From: Acidilobaceae archaeon | GTDB lineage: Archaea > Thermoproteota > Thermoprotei_A > Sulfolobales > Acidilobaceae | NCBI GenBank assembly: GCA_027043945.1 | Contig: JALUDS010000087.1 | Location: 16,424 to 80,423, forward strand | Direction: 5' to 3' | Length of the DNA stretch: 64,000 nucleotides | Translations under genes and position numbers: made by a program | Notes under the pieces: generated by a model | The model's input: the letters and a program-made list of their open reading frames with translations, nothing else | The model's database searches: none | What the model was told of the DNA's origin: nothing | Part shown: positions 56,306 through 64,000 of the stretch, piece by piece | Layout of the letters: every line of letters starts with the position of its first letter | Position numbering within the stretch: the stretch's first letter is position 1

Positions 56306-56772
56306 AGAAATGCGTAGCGGTTATCGATACAACTTTCGCGAGAGTCAACATGGGCGACATAGCGGTAAAAGTCCTGAAACGGAGGCTTCCAGGATATACC
56401 ATTAAGAGAATTACTGTTCCCGGCATAAAGGATCTCCCAGGTGCAGCTAAAAGAATGCTTGATCAGGGATGCGACGCTGCTATAACGTTGGGATGGGTGG
56501 GCATGCGGGAAGCCGACAAGCTTAGCTACATTGCAATGAGCGTAGGCCTAATAATGGTAGAGATATTCACGGGGAAACTACTTCTCGACGTCACGGTTCA
56601 CGAGGACGAGGCACCTGGAGATCCAAGAAAGCTCAAGGAAATAGCGGTTGATAGGGTAGAGAAACATGCAGAGAACCTCGCCCTATTACTGCGTGAAGGG
56701 CCGGAAGCACTCGTGAAATATGCTGGTAAGGGTCTAAGACAGGGATATGAACATGCGGGAGAACTAAAATAA
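56302..56772 (+). CDS. ribC: riboflavin synthase, archaeal type
   Basis: VIDTTFARVNMG, VPGIKDLP, VHEDEA and AGKGLRQGYEHAG closely parallel the M. jannaschii enzyme. ATGA overlap with ribB. Confidence 0.85.
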   Translation: MKKCVAVIDTTFARVNMGDIAVKVLKRRLPGYTIKRITVPGIKDLPGAAKRMLDQGCDAAITLGWVGMREADKLSYIAMSVGLIMVEIFTGKLLLDVTVHEDEAPGDPRKLKEIAVDRVEKHAENLALLLREGPEALVKYAGKGLRQGYEHAGELK

Positions 56773-56785
56773 TCTCCACGCATAA

Positions 56786-57568
56786 CTATATAGCTACTAT
56801 CCAACCTCCACGATCCTCATCATAATACGCTAATCCCTCCTTCACCAGTTTACGGAACAACTCTCTAGCCTTATCTCCCATTCCACTGCTTAAAAGGAGC
56901 TCTACCTCCTCAACAGTCCTAACTGCGATCTCAGAGAGTCTACGCTTGAACTCATCCCAGAACTCTGGATCGACCGCGGCCCTACCATCTTGGAAATGAA
57001 GTATGACTGCGCCTTCACGCTCTAGGCTTTGGAATAATTTATCTGGTTTCCGGATCCAAGACGCCGACTCGTATACAATCTTTTCCTCTTTGAGTCTCTG
57101 GAAAGCAGTTACCCTGGTATATGGTCTTTGTTCCCTGTATTCACGTTCTCTATACGTATATCGTTGCCTAGGATACCTCTGGTAGTCTTGGGTTTCCCTG
57201 TACTTCTTTTCGGAGGGCTCTTCTCCTCCCTTCTTTGTGGAGATGTTCTCCAATAGCTCGTACAAGTCTGCTATTCTTCTCGAAATCTCGTCTAGTTTCC
57301 CGGTATATGGATTCAAGAGGTCTTGGATTGTTCGCTGGATCCTCCTAACAACGTGATCTAAGTCAACAGAACCGCCTGGTCCATGAACTGGCTGCTCCAT
57401 ACCGCCGTGAAGGGTTTTCTTTATCATACTATAGATGTAGTGTGTGACGAGCTCGTATCCTTGGGCTTCAGCTAGTGCTTTTAATCGCTCATACTCATCC
57501 CTGGTGAGGGTTATCTTTATATTTACCTGGTCACGGGGCGTTTTCCTCCTAGGATCCTTGTTCTCCAT
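56786..57568 (-). CDS. hypothetical ribbon-helix-helix protein with R/Y/E-rich linker and C-terminal wH-like domain
   Basis: N-terminal VNIKITLTRDEYERLKALAE (RHH-like), central YRETQDYQRYPRQRYTYREREYREQRPY, and C-terminal ARELFRKLVKEGLAYYDEDRGGWIV. AGGTG lies 6 nt upstream of ATG 57568. Confidence 0.55.
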   Translation of the reverse strand: MENKDPRRKTPRDQVNIKITLTRDEYERLKALAEAQGYELVTHYIYSMIKKTLHGGMEQPVHGPGGSVDLDHVVRRIQRTIQDLLNPYTGKLDEISRRIADLYELLENISTKKGGEEPSEKKYRETQDYQRYPRQRYTYREREYREQRPYTRVTAFQRLKEEKIVYESASWIRKPDKLFQSLEREGAVILHFQDGRAAVDPEFWDEFKRRLSEIAVRTVEEVELLLSSGMGDKARELFRKLVKEGLAYYDEDRGGWIVAI

Positions 57569-57737
57569 CTGGAACACCTATTAGACCGGAGAGGCTCATT
57601 GGTCAAGAGTGTGATGTCAAAGGGTCTTAGGGGCGTGTCATGGCCATTATCTATATTGAAAATGTATAATGTGACCCTAATATTAGGAATGGGCCTGGGC
57701 GTGGATGTATGAAACATGGGAAAATCCAAGCAGTGTA

Positions 57738-58445
57738 TTACCCTGTTAAAACATTAATGTTGTTCTCAACATAACCTGACCTAATCTGGTCCAATGCCTT
57801 TGTGGCGAGCATGACGGCTGTTCTAGGCCTAAAGCTTATTCCTACTCCTACCTTAAGGCTAGTGTTGCTAGCTATTTCTTCCACTAGTGCCTCGTATCCA
57901 TGGTCTGGGAGGATAACAAGTATATTGTCGCCTCCCAAGTACTGGGCTATGCCCCCATGTTTTAGGCTTACTCTCGACACTTCGTAGACTAGCTCGTTGA
58001 TGAGTGAGAGGCTCTCTGTTAGACCCATCTTCTGGGTAGTGGCTGATATACCGTTTATGTCTACGTGTGCGATAGCAGTTAAGCCATCATGTCCCTCCAT
58101 AAATGAGAGCTCGCCTGAACCCGTGTTGCGCAGCGCATGGTATGCCCTGTCTAGGGCCCTCTTAGGCACGTCGTCGGCAACGCTGACCAGTCTCAATGGC
58201 AGAGTCGTGGATGCTCTTGCATGATCGAGTATGCCGAGGTGCCTTTCTTTATCTATACCTGTGGATATCAGCAACTGGTAGTCATACCTTAGAGGGACAG
58301 CGTAGGCATGGAGCTTGGACACGTATTCTTGCATGGATGCATAGAAGCGGGCCTGGGAGATCTGTATTATCCATTCTCTATCCTCGCCTAGGGTCTCTGT
58401 CCACTCCCTGTATCCTATCTTCTCTAGTAGCGTGAGTCTAACCAT
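57738..58445 (-). CDS. arfA: GTP cyclohydrolase III (archaeal, FAPy-forming)
   Basis: N-terminal LEKIGYREWT (cf. IDNYGPWT), AIAHVDINGIS, YLGGDNILVILP, KVGVGIS. 235 aa. Confidence 0.85.
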   Translation of the reverse strand: MVRLTLLEKIGYREWTETLGEDREWIIQISQARFYASMQEYVSKLHAYAVPLRYDYQLLISTGIDKERHLGILDHARASTTLPLRLVSVADDVPKRALDRAYHALRNTGSGELSFMEGHDGLTAIAHVDINGISATTQKMGLTESLSLINELVYEVSRVSLKHGGIAQYLGGDNILVILPDHGYEALVEEIASNTSLKVGVGISFRPRTAVMLATKALDQIRSGYVENNINVLTG

Positions 58446-58529
58446 AAGTCACCGTGCCCTCCATCCAATACGTGGTCGCCTAGTTACTGCTAATAGGCAT
58501 CGTTTTAGGGTGGCACATTCCACTCTTTA

Positions 58530-58985
58530 TTACTCAATGACTATATTTTCACCGCTCGACGACTCGAACAGTTTGGATCTCCTAGCCATCTTGACAGCTG
58601 TCTCTACGGCTCTCGCCGCATACTCTTCTGCTCTCTCAATGGCCTCGTCCCTGCTAGCGTTAGGACCAATAATGCCCAGCGAGACTGGGACACCATACTC
58701 TAGGCTTAGATCAATTATCTTCCTCGCGGCCTGGTTAGCCACGACTTGATCATGGTCAGTCTCGCCCTTTATCACAGCACCAAGAACGACTACCGCGTCT
58801 ATACCTCCCTTATCAAGGATCTTTTTCACAGCAAAGGGGGAATCATAGGTTCCAGGAACCTTATAGATGATGACAGGGTCAGCATCGAGGAAGTGTGCGT
58901 GGCTAACAGCTTTCTCCAACATTATCTTGGTGACATCATAGTTGAACTCTGAGACCACTATTGCGATCCTCACTCTCTCAGCCAA
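58530..58985 (-). CDS. ribH: 6,7-dimethyl-8-ribityllumazine synthase
   Basis: RIAIVVSEFN, VPGTYDSP, VVVLGAVIKGETDH, G...NQAARK pattern. TTG start, or GTG 12 nt downstream. Confidence 0.9.
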   Translation of the reverse strand: MAERVRIAIVVSEFNYDVTKIMLEKAVSHAHFLDADPVIIYKVPGTYDSPFAVKKILDKGGIDAVVVLGAVIKGETDHDQVVANQAARKIIDLSLEYGVPVSLGIIGPNASRDEAIERAEEYAARAVETAVKMARRSKLFESSSGENIVIE

Positions 58986-59400
58986 TAGTTTGCACCAGGT
59001 AATCCTAGAGGAACCTAAAAAGGGAAAAAACTATTTGCATTTTTACAAGTCCGCCCAGAAGAAGACTCCTGATAATACGGTCCACTAGTTCGGAGAGGAA
59101 CAGGGCTATATTGCTCAGATAATAAGACATAGTTAGTGGGCTGTGATTGGGCTTTAGCAGGGCCGACCTTTGATTGCATAAAGGAATGAGGTTGCCGCGC
59201 GGGCCTGAGCCCTCCTACTTATCAATAATTATACTGGATCTGGTTCTATTCCTAGATCATTATATTTTCCTCTAGTATTACTTTTAATCATATTATTAGA
59301 ACACTTTTGATAATGTTTAATTCTTCAATTCCTATACCAATCATTTATAGCCCCATGGACAATTATATTCAAAGGATTCGGTGAATGAAAGTAGAGGTGA

Positions 59401-61581
<2,181 letters not shown>

Positions 61582-61804
61582 ACCAGCCATGCCAGGCAAT
61601 AATTGCTTTTTCCTCACTACTTGATATCTAGATAATAGTGTAGTCCTTATCAGAGATGTACAGATTTCTATACGATGCACGAAATAACACTAACAAGAAT
61701 TAAACCATAAACGGCAAAACCCTATAATCCGGCCATATGTAGTTACGCTTAGAATAATTTTAGCCTATAGGTCATAGATTGCTACTTGTGGGGGAGCAGA
61801 GATC

Positions 61805-62338
61805 TTGTCGTACGAAGTAGAAATAAAGATAAAAATTGATTGTAAGAATATGGAAAGAATTAAAAGAAAGATCATCGACGGCGGTGGTAAAGTTGTACGT
61901 TCTCAAATAGAAACAGATTATTATATGCTTCATCCATGTAAAGATTTCCTCTCTACAGACGAGGCTTTGAGGGTTCGATACGTAGATGGTAGCGTTGAGT
62001 CATTAACGTATAAGGGACCCCGTATAGGAAAGGATGCTAAGTCTAGATATGAGATTATAGTTAGTATAAAGGAAGGGGATATTATAGGTCTATTAGAAAA
62101 GCTCGGCTTTAAGACCGGTATAGTTGTCAAAAAGCATAGAGAGTATTACACATATGGGGATGTACTAATTACGCTCGATAAAGTTGATGGTTTGGGATGT
62201 TTTGTCGAGCTGGAACTTATTTCAGGTGAAAGCGAGAGGGAATTGTATAATGTCGCGAAGAGGCTTGATCTAACGGGTAGTATCTTAGTGAAGAGTTATG
62301 CTGAATTGCTCTGGGAGAAAACAGCATCTTCGAAATAA
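61805..62338 (+). CDS. CYTH-domain protein (class IV adenylyl cyclase / triphosphatase family)
   Basis: N-terminal EVEIKIKI (ExExK), LRVR, TYKGP, K.R.E, and ELE near the C-terminus. TTG start. Confidence 0.8.
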   Translation: MSYEVEIKIKIDCKNMERIKRKIIDGGGKVVRSQIETDYYMLHPCKDFLSTDEALRVRYVDGSVESLTYKGPRIGKDAKSRYEIIVSIKEGDIIGLLEKLGFKTGIVVKKHREYYTYGDVLITLDKVDGLGCFVELELISGESERELYNVAKRLDLTGSILVKSYAELLWEKTASSK

Positions 62339-62646
62339 TACGACTAGTAAAAAACATAGTGTGTGATATTATTTGTGCATTTGCAGGAAAGTATTAGTGG
62401 TTTAACCTTTTTGTTACGTCTGATGGTCTTTATTACATTCAGGCTATTGGGATACAGATGGTCTCCTACATGTCTGTTATACTCGTGTAGTAATTCTTAG
62501 TGTCGACTATATTAAAACGACGAGACCGAGATATCATGTAAACTGTTAAATCGTATGTGATAAGAACACTAAACCAGACAAAAGGCTTGGAGTCTAGAAT
62601 AATTTTAGCCCATAATTATGGTTAATTGTCCTTGTGTGCACAGAAA

Positions 62647-63126
62647 TTATCGTATGAATTTGAAATAATAAGAGTCAACTGCGAGGAGACAGAGAAAATA
62701 AGAAGGGAAAAATAATTTGGTAGAGGCAGTAAACTACTGCATTCCCAGAAAGAAATAGACTATTATAAGCTTCATCCATGCAGAGATTTTCTCTCCGCAG
62801 ACGAAGTGTTGAGGGTTCGATTTGTGGACGATAAGGTGAGGTCGTTAACTTATAAGGAACCCCGTGTAGGAAAGGGCGCCAAGTCTAGATATGGGTTATA
62901 GTTGTTATAAAGGAAGGAGATATTAAAGGTTTATTAGAAAAGTTAGGTTTCAAGGATTAAGATGATTGTGGAAAAGTATAGAGAGTTCTACAAGTATAGG
63001 AATGTCTTCGTGGCAATAGACAATGTGAGAGATCTAGGATGCTTTATAGAACTAGAACTAATCAACGAATCTAATGAGGAAGAGCTGTTCAAAGTTGCAA
63101 AAGAACTAGAAATTGTCGGAAAATAA
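62647..63126 (+). pseudogene. decayed paralogue of the upstream CYTH gene
   Basis: Start TTG is changed to TTA. In-frame TAA at 62713-62715. A 1-nt deletion gives TAG at 62899-62901. A further TAA lies at 62958-62960. No ORF of 60 aa or more on this strand. Residual translation LSYEFEII..., KEIDYYKLHPCRDFLSADEVLRVRFVD...LTYKEPRVGKGAKSRY aligns with the intact copy. Confidence 0.7.
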
Positions 63127-63348
63127 TTATTGAGAGTTGGGAAGGGCTTCTGTAGAGAACCTTATGATGTTGCTTAAGCAATTACATAGATCTCCATGAT
63201 ATATTTATGACGTTTAAAATAAGGTATGGGAGACACGATGAATTATTATAAAGTGCAAGTATTATTTACAACTCATAACGGAATAACAGTCTCAAAAGTT
63301 TATGTTCTTGGATGGAAAAAAGTTAATGATTAAACTGCGGATGTTCTG

Positions 63349-64000
63349 CTAGCCTTTGTTAGTAGAGCAGGGTACCGGGGTCATTATCTGTGTTTCATTC
63401 GGTAGAGAGCATGGCGCGGCAGAAGGATATTTCCAGACTATTACATCGTACCCGAATACCAAAGGTCTATTTGTCTCATTATAATAGTTTAAATCTAGAT
63501 ACTCTAAGGGCATAGTATACTTATATACAATAACAGCATAACTGTCAGAAACCGTATTACTCATAATATACGCAAGGACTTTTATTGCTCCAGATCTCAT
63601 CTTAATAAAGTTTATGCCGAGAGTATCACTTGCCAGTGTTGAAGTATGTAGTAACGCTGTCTCCTGGAAGAAAGCTCCAGCGGCAGTGTATATAAGCTTA
63701 TTGAGTAAAAATGTAGCAAGCCATGTTAAGTCATCTCTGTAGATACTAGTAATGTTATTCGTGTCTATATATACATAATTGAATCCTTGATCTAGAACAT
63801 TATCATAAATCTTTTGTCTTACAGGAATATGGAAGTTATTGTCATTATATGACCAGTAAGTGTACATGTTTGTAAATGCATTGTTGAGCTCCCGCGTTAT
63901 ACTACTTATCGGATTCGCGTAGTCGTCGGTTATAGCTTTTACATTGTTAAAGTCGTATAAGAACTTGTAATATGGTAGAAACACTACTAGTGGAACAATC
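63349..64000 (-). CDS. hypothetical N/Y/T-rich protein, 5'-truncated by the window edge
   Basis: The reading frame is open from 63349 to the window end, so the GTG at 63984 is only the first start-like codon. AT-rich composition. No family recognised. Confidence 0.4.
   Translation of the reverse strand, partial: IVPLVVFLPYYKFLYDFNNVKAITDDYANPISSITRELNNAFTNMYTYWSYNDNNFHIPVRQKIYDNVLDQGFNYVYIDTNNITSIYRDDLTWLATFLLNKLIYTAAGAFFQETALLHTSTLASDTLGINFIKMRSGAIKVLAYIMSNTVSDSYAVIVYKYTMPLEYLDLNYYNETNRPLVFGYDVIVWKYPSAAPCSLPNETQIMTPVPCSTNKG

Larger units (their letters stand above)
61751..63126 (+). repeat. tandem, diverged duplication (period about 845 bp) of the CYTH gene with its upstream region
   Basis: AGAATAATTTTAGCC occurs at 61751 and 62596. 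Collinear matches follow: CTTCATCCATG, TTGAGGGTTCGAT, AAGTCTAGATATG, ATAAAGGAAGG, CATAGAGAG/TATAGAGAG, GGATG(T/C)TTT. Confidence 0.75.

Noticed and set aside
63226-63333. A 35-codon ORF (MGDTMNYYKVQVLFTTHNGITVSKVYVLGWKKVND) with an upstream TTTAAAATAAGG.
   Set aside because: It is too short and lies in an AT-rich region where such ORFs arise by chance. No recognisable family.

Overview
The window looks like a chromosomal segment of a hyperthermophilic crenarchaeote. Gene content resembles Desulfurococcales: CdvB/CdvC division genes, a stand-alone 5S rRNA, TFB, Alba, NucS, tungsten-type AOR, and archaeal-type riboflavin genes arfA and ribC. About 70 tightly packed genes sit on both strands. 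Coding strands are strongly purine-loaded. Many starts have GGTGA/GGAGG Shine-Dalgarno-like motifs, or A/T-rich TATA boxes about 25 nt upstream. GTG and TTG starts are common.

Most of the window is housekeeping:
- translation and RNA modification: aIF2-beta, e-MtaB, Taw3, EndA, DHS, LSm
- cofactor pathways: riboflavin, thiamine salvage, pterin, a MoaD-like carrier
- central and lipid metabolism: HPS, DeoC, mevalonate kinase, acyl-CoA dehydrogenase, IlvA plus RidA
- transport: a TRAP fused permease and a metal ABC system with NikR
- a minimal archaeal type IV pilus module
- AAA ATPases: CdvC and CDC48
- DNA-repair-type proteins: NucS, Ogt, an Lhr helicase and a KaiC/RadC-like ATPase

I found no CRISPR array, tRNA, transposase or integrase, and no obvious defence island.

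The items most worth a second look are:
- three uncharacterised genes translationally coupled to ribB-ribC, plus an RHH-domain protein embedded in the rib cluster
- a 62-aa poly-acidic microprotein
- two GC-rich structured islands in long AT-rich intergenic regions, which are candidate sRNAs
- a GC hairpin linking the cdvB stop codon to the cdvC ribosome-binding site
- NikR joined to a Tro/Znu-type ABC transporter, with TGTGCAC palindromes in its divergent promoter
- a decayed tandem paralogue of a CYTH gene, at the start of an AT-rich region at the window end

All functional calls rest on motif and family recognition by eye. No similarity search was run.
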